From NCBI GenBank assembly GCA_964503465.1, contig CAZCYZ010000001.1:17583-81582 (forward strand): a stretch of 64,000 nt of DNA, in the 5' to 3' direction. The DNA comes from an uncultured Gammaproteobacteria bacterium. Its GTDB lineage: Bacteria; Patescibacteriota; Microgenomatia; UBA12405. Position numbers and translations under genes: made by a program. The notes beneath the pieces were generated by a model, which saw nothing but the letters and a program-made list of their open reading frames with translations, searched no databases and had not been told where the DNA came from. Below are positions 28,013 to 36,222 of the stretch, one piece after another (within the stretch, counting starts at the first letter, position 1; every line of letters starts with the position of its first letter).

Positions 28013-28279
28013 TCATTGAACTATGTCACTTTCAAATACCACTCCGGGTACTGTTATCTGTCCTATTATGTCAATAGTCTCCAGTCTGTGCCCCGTTCCC
28101 CTGGTGGTTGGGCTTCGTGGGTGATTCAGATGGCTGTTCACCGCCATTATTATCGACGCCCTGTCAGTTAGTTTCCCATAGTCATCAGCGATTACTCTTT
28201 GACAAGTAACACAATGTATTCTTCTTTGTGGTCTCCGTTCTTTGTTTTCATCTCCCATAGGTCGTATATTAGCAGACAA
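28013..28279 (-). CDS. Hypothetical protein (possible JAMM/RadC-like remnant)
   Basis: 88-aa ORF. AVNSHLNHPRSPTT weakly resembles the HxHP..S JAMM motif. Confidence 0.2.
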   Translation of the reverse strand: MSANIRPMGDENKERRPQRRIHCVTCQRVIADDYGKLTDRASIIMAVNSHLNHPRSPTTRGTGHRLETIDIIGQITVPGVVFESDIVQ

Positions 28280-28410
28280 ATGTACAAATTAGTGGCTTTT
28301 GGGTCAGTGTTATTCTATAATCAATCCTAACTTTTGCACCTTTTACAACCCACATTACTTCAGTTTTAGTTTAAAACTTCAAATTTTAAATTAAAAATTG
28401 AATAAATATT

Positions 28411-28462
28411 CCCCTGTAGCTCTCCGCCAGCTGGCGGACGGTAGAGGCTCGCCTGTTAAAAT
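28411..28462 (+). pseudogene. Partial tRNA-Asn (5' portion to anticodon loop) with a 16-bp palindrome inserted in the D-loop
   Basis: cccctgtagctc-TCCGCCAGCTGGCGGA-cggtagag-g-ctcgcctgttaa, then diverges. The intact tRNA-Asn is 310 bp downstream. Confidence 0.5.
28416..28444. repeat. 29-bp perfect direct repeat, left copy, containing the 16-bp perfect palindrome TCCGCCAGCTGGCGGA
   Basis: gtagctctccgccagctggcggacggtag is identical to 28718..28746. Confidence 0.85.
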
Positions 28463-28467
28463 TAAGT

Positions 28468-28746
28468 GTGTATATCGTTTACGCGATTTACCACCCAAAA
28501 TCAGGAAAAATCTATATAGGTCAAACAGTCGACCTAGGTAATAGATTAAGGGAACATAACGATCCTAACTGCCAGCGCCATTTATATACCAAGAGGATCG
28601 GGATCGGCTGGGAAGTTCTTTATAAGGAAACTCAGCCGACCAGACAGCTTGCCTTAAAGCGAGAAAAACAGTTAAAAAGTTATCAAGGCAGATTGTTCAT
28701 TAAAAAACACATTACAGGTAGCTCTCCGCCAGCTGGCGGACGGTAG
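28468..28746 (+). CDS. GIY-YIG nuclease family protein (UPF0213/YhbQ-like, 92 aa, GTG start)
   Basis: VYIVYAIYHPKSGKIYIGQTVDLGNRLREHN matches GIY-YIG with the conserved Arg and His-Asn. The C-terminal 9 codons are encoded by the right direct repeat, and the stop is the last triplet of that repeat. Confidence 0.65.
   Translation: MYIVYAIYHPKSGKIYIGQTVDLGNRLREHNDPNCQRHLYTKRIGIGWEVLYKETQPTRQLALKREKQLKSYQGRLFIKKHITGSSPPAGGR
28718..28746. repeat. 29-bp perfect direct repeat, right copy
   Basis: Identical to 28416..28444. It is followed by a degenerate anticodon-stem-like sequence ggcaccgcctgtaat. Confidence 0.85.
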
Positions 28747-28772
28747 GGCACCGCCTGTAATACTCAATACAT

Positions 28773-28845
28773 TCCCCTGTAGCTCAGTCGGTAGAGCGCT
28801 CGCCTGTTAAGCGATCGGTCCGTGGTTCGAGTCCACGCGGGGGAG
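28773..28845 (+). tRNA. tRNA-Asn (anticodon GUU)
   Basis: tcccctg-ta-gctc-agtcggta-gagc-g-ctcgc-CTGTTAA-gcgat-cggtc-cgtgg-ttcgagt-ccacg-cggggga-g is a complete cloverleaf. No encoded CCA. Confidence 0.8.
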
Positions 28846-28947
28846 CAAGCAAAATATATCCTAAAGATACGTAACAAATGTTTCTATGGTATGGCAAGAG
28901 TGACAAGTATATAATGTGGTTAATCAATAATTAAATTACTCAAATCC

Positions 28948-29973
28948 ATGTCTCCTCAAAAAGAAAAAATAGTTACCTCAGAACCGGATCTTCCAATTGA
29001 TCGTTTACGTTTAGCCTTCCGCCTTCAAGAAAGAGTCGAAGAAATCGACCAGGCTTTAGAAATAGCGGCACGGCCAAAGGATGTTTTAGGATTCGATGGT
29101 GCCCAGCCCGCCACCTTAAACGAGTTTCATCAACTTCGTGAAGCATATCAAGCGAGGTTGGATCAATCTCTCGCAAGTATGGATCCTTCTACTCGCGAGC
29201 AGTATGAGGCTATTTCTACGGCACGTCAGACTGCCAGAGAGGAAGAAGATAGTAGGGTACAAGCCTATCTAAAAGACCATTTTGGTGTCGATTGGGTCGA
29301 AACAGGTAGAACGCGGTTTGAGTGGAAACGTGAACATCCCCTTAATGTTGATACCGAATTGAATCCTGGTCATACCTGGGAGCAATATGAGGTAACACCA
29401 GAAGTCATGGCTGAAAAGGCTAGATTGTCTATGGAATTGTCACTCGTCTTATATGTCAGCCAACTTGCCACCGATCCCAGAGATCGTGTTGCATTTGATT
29501 TGAGCCAAGAAGCCTCTCAGGATTTACAGCGTATTTCTAAATGCCTAATGATACAAACGAATCGCATGCTGACGACTAATGGTGAGCAAAGAGACAGAAT
29601 CAGGCGGTTTGAAGATGTTGCCTGGAACTTTCGCAGAGAGACTGATGGGTTTTATCGGGCATTCGAACAAATCGCCGGAGATTCTATTTTCGAACCATAC
29701 AAGAAAGAGGAACCTCCAACAGAAGGCACCAAAATTGAGGAAGAACCTGCAGAAGTTAAATTCTATACCAGAGAATGTCCTCACTGTCAGGTTCAGTTTC
29801 ATAGCCGAAAAGCCGAGGGAAAATGCTACAATTGCACCCTTGACGAAATTACCCACGGGAATCCTCCCGAGGAAGGTGACTTTAACTCTGCCGGCATTAT
29901 ATCCGGTACACTCACAGATGAAGAGTGGAAAAATCTTCAAGCCGATCTGGCTGCAGTTGAGCTGGGTAGATAG
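28948..29973 (+). CDS. Hypothetical protein with C-terminal zinc-ribbon (CPHC...CYNC)
   Basis: 341-aa ORF. Higher GC than the flanking genome. C-terminal CxxC...CxxC. Confidence 0.4.
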   Translation: MSPQKEKIVTSEPDLPIDRLRLAFRLQERVEEIDQALEIAARPKDVLGFDGAQPATLNEFHQLREAYQARLDQSLASMDPSTREQYEAISTARQTAREEEDSRVQAYLKDHFGVDWVETGRTRFEWKREHPLNVDTELNPGHTWEQYEVTPEVMAEKARLSMELSLVLYVSQLATDPRDRVAFDLSQEASQDLQRISKCLMIQTNRMLTTNGEQRDRIRRFEDVAWNFRRETDGFYRAFEQIAGDSIFEPYKKEEPPTEGTKIEEEPAEVKFYTRECPHCQVQFHSRKAEGKCYNCTLDEITHGNPPEEGDFNSAGIISGTLTDEEWKNLQADLAAVELGR

Positions 29974-30036
29974 TTCTGCTCCCATTCTTCCATCCAAATG
30001 CTATTCTATCGGTGAGTTTTTGTGGATATAACTGTT

Positions 30037-30070
30037 TCGAATGTTCTCCATCTCGTGGAGCATTGTGACC
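30037..30070. promoter_or_regulatory. Conserved palindromic upstream motif, copy 1 (tttcgaatgttctccatctcgtggagcatt)
   Basis: Near-inverted repeat AATGTTCTCCA / TGGAGCATT about 100 bp upstream of the 30141 start. A second copy lies at 30615..30648. Confidence 0.45.
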
Positions 30071-30140
30071 TCATATTTATAAATAAATCTGTGGCGATAT
30101 ATGTTTGAATTGAAGTTGCTAAACAGTTTATAATCACCTT

Positions 30141-30590
30141 ATGAAAGATGAATCATTAGTAATTACTGATTGGGATATGGATTATGCCGATCTCTCGCAG
30201 AGGGATGAGTATGAGGAACTTAAAGCCCAAATTACTGAAGTCTACGGTACACCAGAACGTGATTCAGTAGATTGGCAAGCGTGTCTTGATGCCACGCTAC
30301 TTGCCGTTTACCGTTCAGAAGTATCTCGTTGTCAAAGTCATGTTGTATCACCACCTGGATCAGAGACGGAAGAAGTCAGGCCGGCTGTTTTGGAGTCACA
30401 TCTTCGCATCGCTGAACAAAGATTAGCGATACACCTGGATCGTGTTGATCAAAGATGCTTGCAACCAGAATATGATACCGCTTTCGAACTTGCTGGCAAA
30501 AAATTAGACAAAGTATCCGAAGGTAATCCATACGCTGATATGTTTGTTCTTGCTCACTTAGGTGCTGGGTCGGTTCAGTTGGTAAGATAA
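30141..30590 (+). CDS. Hypothetical protein
   Basis: 149-aa ORF. TATAAT hexamer ends 6 nt before the ATG (tataatcaccttATG). Confidence 0.4.
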   Translation: MKDESLVITDWDMDYADLSQRDEYEELKAQITEVYGTPERDSVDWQACLDATLLAVYRSEVSRCQSHVVSPPGSETEEVRPAVLESHLRIAEQRLAIHLDRVDQRCLQPEYDTAFELAGKKLDKVSEGNPYADMFVLAHLGAGSVQLVR

Positions 30591-30614
30591 TCTAGAATTT
30601 GGAGAGCAGTAATT

Positions 30615-30648
30615 TTTCGAATGTTCTTCGTTCCGTAGAGCATTAAGT
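30615..30648. promoter_or_regulatory. Conserved upstream motif, copy 2 (tttcgaatgttcttcgttccgtagagcatt)
   Basis: Shares TTTCGAATGTTCT...GAGCATT with copy 1. Lies ~120 bp upstream of the 30769 start. Confidence 0.45.
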
Positions 30649-30768
30649 AACACCAAAAATTCTAAAATCATTCCACTCCTCGAGCCAGCAAAATATTTCC
30701 GAAGAATACGTACATTAACTCATGACACATAGTTTAGTAGAAGTGTTGTTCACTGCTATAATCATCCT

Positions 30769-31602
30769 ATGAACATAACCGCCGACACCAAAGTCATTGC
30801 TCGTCTTCATACCAAACCCAGTCCCAGAGGTCTTAATATCTATAATCCATTCTTTCAAGAATCTAATCTCAATGCTGTCTATCTACTCTTTTTTAACCCT
30901 GACCCGGCTCCTCTTATTTCAGCCATGCGTGGGTTTAATATCGCCGGAGCCATCACAGCCGGATTTGAGTCGGATGACAGACTTCCATCTCTTTTGGATG
31001 AAGTCGATGACGTTTCTGCCTACACGGGTCGAGTCGGGTTCATCACTAATAATGGTGGGAAATTAATCGGATCATCACAAGGTGGTCAGGGATTACTAAG
31101 ATCTATCCTCAAACATGGCCATATTGAAAATAAGAAACTTGTTATAGTCGGTTCTGGCAATATCGCCAAAGGATTGTTGTTTAACATAAAAAAACAGTTT
31201 CCTGATCCTCCCGAAGTAGTTCTAGTTAACCGCACAATTGAAAAGGCGCTATCCATTCAAAGAGATTTTTCATTTGTCACTTCCACCAAGTCAGTCACTG
31301 ATCTGTCTACCGAAACTGGTGATATTTTAGTTAATGCTACTGATATTGGTGGCAGTCAAGCTGACGATGTTTACACCGAATCAATCGTTGGCAACTTTCA
31401 GACGATAGCCGATGTCACTTTTGAAACCGAGAACACTAATCTGGTTAATCTGGCTAAGAAATTGAATAAACAATTCTCAACCGGCTGGGATATGTTTGCT
31501 TATCAAGGCCAGGTTATTCTCGAAAGTATCTTTCATACAGGCATTGATATTGGTTCGCTCAGAAAGCATGTTGTAAGTGGATTATCAGAAGTTGTTTCTT
31601 AG
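30769..31602 (+). CDS. Shikimate/quinate 5-dehydrogenase-like protein (AroE family)
   Basis: N-terminal substrate-binding domain resembles the AroE family. NAD(P)-binding region has VIVGSGNIAKG (Rossmann glycine motif) and VNRT...DILVNATDIG. Confidence 0.55.
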   Translation: MNITADTKVIARLHTKPSPRGLNIYNPFFQESNLNAVYLLFFNPDPAPLISAMRGFNIAGAITAGFESDDRLPSLLDEVDDVSAYTGRVGFITNNGGKLIGSSQGGQGLLRSILKHGHIENKKLVIVGSGNIAKGLLFNIKKQFPDPPEVVLVNRTIEKALSIQRDFSFVTSTKSVTDLSTETGDILVNATDIGGSQADDVYTESIVGNFQTIADVTFETENTNLVNLAKKLNKQFSTGWDMFAYQGQVILESIFHTGIDIGSLRKHVVSGLSEVVS

Positions 31603-31644
31603 TTTATGCCCGTGTAATTTAGGCATTCGATAGCTAATCAACAT

Positions 31645-32757
31645 ATGTCCGAGAATCCTCAGTCAATAGTCAGTCGAGAAAAACCACCAGTTGACCTATT
31701 GGCCGACGAAGTTGTCAGATTAAGAGAATCACTCGAAAGACGTGGCGAACAATTGGGTTTTTCCAACATCCTAGCTTTGTCTTATGTTGTCGAACTTTAT
31801 TCTAGCGTTAATGGTCAACAATCCCTAGTGGAGTGGTTTCGTGACCCAAAATCTGACGAAGAAATTTTTACTCTTCAACAATCAGTGGACTTAGGACATG
31901 TACTCGAAAATGCCAATAGGTTATCGGCCATTCATGGGATAACTCCTCCTCCGTTATCTACCGATCTTACTGTTCCCCAAGATCAATTGGCTATTCCCAG
32001 GACACCCGCCCAAGTTGATCAAGAGATTCTCGATGCTACTGAAACCTTACCCGGTGAACGTCTAATTACCCTTTTTCGCTATGTTGATACCGTTGGTTGG
32101 AGAGATGACACCCAGTCCATGGAGCCAGATGAGATTAGATCATTTATGGATGAACCGTCTAATCAGGTAATCAATCACGCTCGAGGCTTACGATTTCCCG
32201 TGGCAAGTATTGAGGACGCTCGAGGCATTAGACATGAATCGTTATTTGCTCTTAGCCAGCTAATTACATATCCAAGATTTGTTTTGGATAGAACTGATGA
32301 TGTTGTTTATTCCGGATTAGTCAATGAACCAAGACACCTTGACATCCTTCGTGAACACTTACTCCTCTCGGAAAGGGAGTCACTGGCTCGCTCTGTTCAA
32401 AGGGCTGACAAAGTTGTTGCTTTTACCTCCGCATCAGTTGGTAGTCAAGGTCTATGTAATTGGGGATTTTTTTGTATTGAAATGCAGGTCCCAGAGAGAT
32501 TAATTCTCAATGTTCGAGACTTGTGTATTCAGGGCGATGAAGTTATGGGTGACAACGATGGAGTTGATCCGGACACACGACAGAGACTATCACTCTCAAT
32601 TCATTCCTACCCACCTCCACTAGAAACTTATCAAAGTGTTGGCGGTATTCACCTAGACGAAATGGCTGTTCTTGGGGGTATTAGGCGAGAGTGGGTAAGG
32701 TCTGTCATCGACATTAGGGACCAATCAATTGTGTGGCAGAAATCGTCAGACAAGTAA
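31645..32757 (+). CDS. Hypothetical protein
   Basis: 370-aa ORF with no recognised motif. Confidence 0.4.
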   Translation: MSENPQSIVSREKPPVDLLADEVVRLRESLERRGEQLGFSNILALSYVVELYSSVNGQQSLVEWFRDPKSDEEIFTLQQSVDLGHVLENANRLSAIHGITPPPLSTDLTVPQDQLAIPRTPAQVDQEILDATETLPGERLITLFRYVDTVGWRDDTQSMEPDEIRSFMDEPSNQVINHARGLRFPVASIEDARGIRHESLFALSQLITYPRFVLDRTDDVVYSGLVNEPRHLDILREHLLLSERESLARSVQRADKVVAFTSASVGSQGLCNWGFFCIEMQVPERLILNVRDLCIQGDEVMGDNDGVDPDTRQRLSLSIHSYPPPLETYQSVGGIHLDEMAVLGGIRREWVRSVIDIRDQSIVWQKSSDK

Positions 32758-32842
32758 TTTTCTATCTACCCCTTGCTGTGTCGTTGTTCGTCCAAATATA
32801 ATACGATTATAGCCTATAACATGATATAATCCCATTCATATT

Positions 32843-33484
32843 ATGCCCGTAACTATTGAACAAGTTGGCCATGCTTGGGATGGTCTGACTGCCGAGGATC
32901 ATGCTTATGGTCAAATTGTCGCCACTGGTATGGCCGCTATCCTTGAATCGCGTGGATATGGTCATGATGCCGGGCCAATTTGGCAAACCATTGGTGTCAG
33001 TCAGGAAGTTCAACTTAGACTTGACCCACAGGAGACATTTACTAGGGCAATTGAGTTAGTTATGTTGAATGATGGTGGCGATCCCGACTCTCAACAGTTT
33101 GTTCAATGGCTTCAGGGCAATGGCCTTCAACAACTTACCGATCCTCGATTGACGCCTTACCTTGAACCTTATCTTGCTACTTCTGACAGCACCCCGTTTG
33201 TTAATCGACTTCTAAGTTTTGTCAATCATCCCATTCCTTATGATCAAATATCTACCAAGCACGACCTTGGCTATTTTCCTCAATGTTACCTAACCTTTAT
33301 TTCTGTCCTACTCGCTTCACGTCTTAGTGGTGCTGGCAACACCGAGTTGATTACTCGCCTTAGGGAAGCATCATCAGAATTACTCACTACTCCTGACTTT
33401 CAAAGAATTGTTGGTCTCTATGCTACTATTACCGACACTCGGCAATTTGCCGAACAATTATCAATCTCTACATTTAATGCCTAA
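32843..33484 (+). CDS. Hypothetical protein
   Basis: 213-aa ORF. A TATAAT lies 14 nt upstream of the ATG. Confidence 0.4.
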   Translation: MPVTIEQVGHAWDGLTAEDHAYGQIVATGMAAILESRGYGHDAGPIWQTIGVSQEVQLRLDPQETFTRAIELVMLNDGGDPDSQQFVQWLQGNGLQQLTDPRLTPYLEPYLATSDSTPFVNRLLSFVNHPIPYDQISTKHDLGYFPQCYLTFISVLLASRLSGAGNTELITRLREASSELLTTPDFQRIVGLYATITDTRQFAEQLSISTFNA

Positions 33485-34010
33485 AGATCGTTTATATGGC
33501 CTTCCCGTACGTACTAAGGTCGTCAAAATAACTCAAGGTTGGCACGGTCCGTTTAGTCATCAGGATCTCGGCGGTGGTCGAACAGATATGACCTTTGCTG
33601 TTGATTTTAGTGCCGAAGAAGATACCCCGGTTGTAGCCGCCAGAGCTGGTAAACCCAGAATTGTTGTCGATCATCACCAAAGCCACTACGAAGGTGATGA
33701 CCCAAAAATAGGTTTAGCCGTTAACACCACCAATCTGGTGATTATCGAGCATCGAGATGGCACCGAAGTGGAATATACAGTCTATTCTCACCTTAAGCCA
33801 GGCAGTGTGCCAGAAAAAGTTAAAAACGGACAAATGGTTGATGAGGGAGAACAAATAGGTCTATCTGGAAAAAGTGGTTGGGTTCCTGTGCCCCATGTTC
33901 ATTTCCAGGTTTTGTCTCGTAAATCTCCAGATCAAAGATTAAGAAGTCGCCCAGTACGTTTTAGGGGTTATAACGGTCCACTGGAAGACGATAAGATTAG
34001 AGGAAAATAA
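33480..34010 (+). CDS. M23-family (lysostaphin-like) metallopeptidase domain protein (start uncertain; the annotated ORF starts at 33408)
   Basis: HQDLGGGRTDMTFAVDF, GEQIGLSGKSGWVPVPHVHFQV. HxxxD and HxH are typical of the M23 family. Confidence 0.55.
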   Translation, partial: PKDRLYGLPVRTKVVKITQGWHGPFSHQDLGGGRTDMTFAVDFSAEEDTPVVAARAGKPRIVVDHHQSHYEGDDPKIGLAVNTTNLVIIEHRDGTEVEYTVYSHLKPGSVPEKVKNGQMVDEGEQIGLSGKSGWVPVPHVHFQVLSRKSPDQRLRSRPVRFRGYNGPLEDDKIRGK

Positions 34011-34044
34011 CATCCTTATAACATTTCAAATGCTATAATTACCC

Positions 34045-34350
34045 ATGACCATTGAAGCTACTAAACGCCAAATCGGTATATCTAGGGTCTTTGATGTCTT
34101 AGCCAAAGTCCATATTGAAAAACATTTACCAGGAGAGGTTCCGGTACTACGTCAACTACAGTGGGAAAACCCAGGGTCTGCCGATGCTAGATTGTTAAGT
34201 ACAGTTATTACCTTAAGACAACAAGGCAAAATGCCCGATGCTCGCACTATGTGGGCTGATGCAGAGAGAATGTACGATCTGCCTGTCGATAGACAAGGAG
34301 ATGCTTATCTTGCTTACCACCAGAGAGTATTTAGCGATCAATCAAAATAA
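34045..34350 (+). CDS. Hypothetical protein
   Basis: 101-aa ORF. TATAAT ends 6 nt before the ATG. Confidence 0.35.
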   Translation: MTIEATKRQIGISRVFDVLAKVHIEKHLPGEVPVLRQLQWENPGSADARLLSTVITLRQQGKMPDARTMWADAERMYDLPVDRQGDAYLAYHQRVFSDQSK

Positions 34351-34355
34351 TAATT

Positions 34356-34844
34356 ATGGCAAAAACTGAATTTGCATCTGAACTACGTCGATTAACTGAG
34401 AAACATGGACCAAAACTTGGCCTAAAGCCGAATGAAGTTGTTGGTGCGGTTATGGTTTGGCCGTCTAAAGCGGACATGCGACGATTTCAGGAAGGCATAC
34501 CGGAAGAATTATTAGCCCTCAAGGAGCTTAAGGCCGTTCAAGAAACTGGACAAGTCGTTGCTGAATTAAACGCTGGCAATATCCCACTTACTCGAGAACA
34601 AATTCAAAGGCTATCGCCACGAAGAGGAGTTGGAATTCGTATTCTTTGGAGTCTAAGTACTGGCGAGGATACTGCCACAATAAATGAAGAATTGGATGGT
34701 GGTACTAGACGAGGTATCAGAACTCGAGTTCTCACTGATACAGAAAAACAATCAGTCGGTATTCTCGATGACGTTGTTACCGTCACTACCCTTCGATTAC
34801 GTCCTGATAGTCCTATTCTTAGAAAAGTCAAACCAGCATCTTAA
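34356..34844 (+). CDS. Hypothetical protein
   Basis: 162-aa ORF, 5 nt after the previous stop. Confidence 0.35.
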   Translation: MAKTEFASELRRLTEKHGPKLGLKPNEVVGAVMVWPSKADMRRFQEGIPEELLALKELKAVQETGQVVAELNAGNIPLTREQIQRLSPRRGVGIRILWSLSTGEDTATINEELDGGTRRGIRTRVLTDTEKQSVGILDDVVTVTTLRLRPDSPILRKVKPAS

Positions 34845-34958
34845 AAATTTCATCCACACAATGACTGAAAAAACCCAATGGTTATTTGATAGAAGTAAAT
34901 TAATGCGTGGTGCATCTCCAGTTACTCTAGAGGTCGAACTTACCCCCCAGAACTGGCT

Positions 34959-35240
34959 TTGTTAGAAGAAATTCGGGCCCTCGAAGATAGTCCTGAAGTT
35001 GGCCACAGTGTTGCTTCGGGTTCTGGATATATGAGGCAGTATGAAACAGAAAAACGAGCCCCCTTTGGTTATCGTTTGACCAGACCAAGGGGAGAGGTTT
35101 TGGCTGACGCCAGAGCCAGTCGTGATTATCTTCGTCAAAATCTCGCGGGAATTGATAGACAGTCATCTGAATGTTCTACTCAAGTTAGGGGAATCATCTC
35201 CAGACTAAACAAAGTGCTTGGCGAGGAAGAAGATAAATAA
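34959..35240 (+). CDS. Hypothetical protein
   Basis: 93-aa ORF. Weak. Confidence 0.25.
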   Translation: MLEEIRALEDSPEVGHSVASGSGYMRQYETEKRAPFGYRLTRPRGEVLADARASRDYLRQNLAGIDRQSSECSTQVRGIISRLNKVLGEEEDK

Positions 35241-35301
35241 TCCGTCACCCACTTCCTCATACCTGTACTATTCATTCGGGGGAGCCCAGTATAATATACT
35301 C

Positions 35302-35727
35302 ATGAAACGTGTCATCTCTGCCGGTGGAATAATCACCAAAATAGAAAACGATCAGCTCAAGATTTGTCTTGTCCGATTAAGACCTCCAATGAAGGGTTAT
35401 GTTTTTCCCAAAGGTCATGTTGAATTGGGTGAAACTTATGAACAAACTGCCCTCCGAGAGGTGGCCGAAGAAACCGGATTGTCTAATTTAACTATCAAAC
35501 AGAAGTTGGGCGTTGTTCAAAGACAATCAACTGAAAACGACGGCACTCAAGTGACTAAGAATATTCATCTTTATTTGATGACTACCGATAGTTTTCAGCA
35601 TAACCAATCAGACGAAAGATATGAATGGTTTACTATTGACGAGGCTCTCAAAGCTCTTAATTTTATTGAAGAAAAAGAGTTCTTATTCAAAAACAGAGAT
35701 CAAATTTGCGACTCCGATCAGCTCTAA
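35302..35727 (+). CDS. NUDIX hydrolase
   Basis: Nudix box GHVELGETYEQTALREVAEETGL (GX5EX7REUXEEXGU). The start was taken at MKRV, with a TATAAT ending 8 nt upstream. Confidence 0.7.
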   Translation: MKRVISAGGIITKIENDQLKICLVRLRPPMKGYVFPKGHVELGETYEQTALREVAEETGLSNLTIKQKLGVVQRQSTENDGTQVTKNIHLYLMTTDSFQHNQSDERYEWFTIDEALKALNFIEEKEFLFKNRDQICDSDQL

Positions 35728-35750
35728 ATCTCCACCACTCCCCGAGCACC

Positions 35751-35787
35751 AAAAATCCCCTCCATCACGGAGGAGATTTTAGTTTTT
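35751..35787. terminator. Bidirectional intrinsic terminator
   Basis: aaaaa-tcccctcc-atcac-ggaggaga-tttt, lying between convergent genes. Confidence 0.45.
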
Positions 35788-35799
35788 GTAAACAGAACT

Positions 35800-36162
35800 T
35801 TACTGGCTGTTGTTCATTCCACAACCTCTACCACTCCCATTTCCTCGCCCCATTCCATATTTGGCTCTAAAAGCATTCAATAGGGTAGGGTCACCTTTTT
35901 GAGCCGTCAGTTGAGCTGTCGCAAACTCTTTGAAGTTAGATTCGTTGACGAATCGAGTGGCACCACGTCCGGCCATATTGGCGACCCAGGCTTTGTAATC
36001 ACCTTTTTGAAAGGCAGTCACGTTGACAGTGTGTCTGGCTTCTGTGTAATTAGGGCCACGAACTGTGGCATCACCACGATAAGCAAGAACCGGGGCAAAT
36101 GATTTAACAGCTACTAAGCCCAGTGCTATCGCGGCGATACCAAGAGCAATTTGAGTTTTCAT
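35800..36162 (-). CDS. Small secreted hypothetical protein
   Basis: Signal-peptide-like N-terminus MKTQIALGIAAIALGLVAV. Gly/Arg-rich C-terminus. Confidence 0.35.
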   Translation of the reverse strand: MKTQIALGIAAIALGLVAVKSFAPVLAYRGDATVRGPNYTEARHTVNVTAFQKGDYKAWVANMAGRGATRFVNESNFKEFATAQLTAQKGDPTLLNAFRAKYGMGRGNGSGRGCGMNNSQ

Positions 36163-36222
36163 ATAAATTGATTTGAATTATTAATATGACTTGCGCAGTC
36201 TATTAGTAATACAAACCAGGCC

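Noticed and set aside
28445-28772. Group I intron with homing endonuclease in tRNA-Asn
   Set aside because: The interruption is ~300 bp, almost entirely occupied by the GIY-YIG ORF. That leaves no room for a group I ribozyme core. The downstream sequence is also a repeat of the 5' part, not the 3' remainder of the tRNA.
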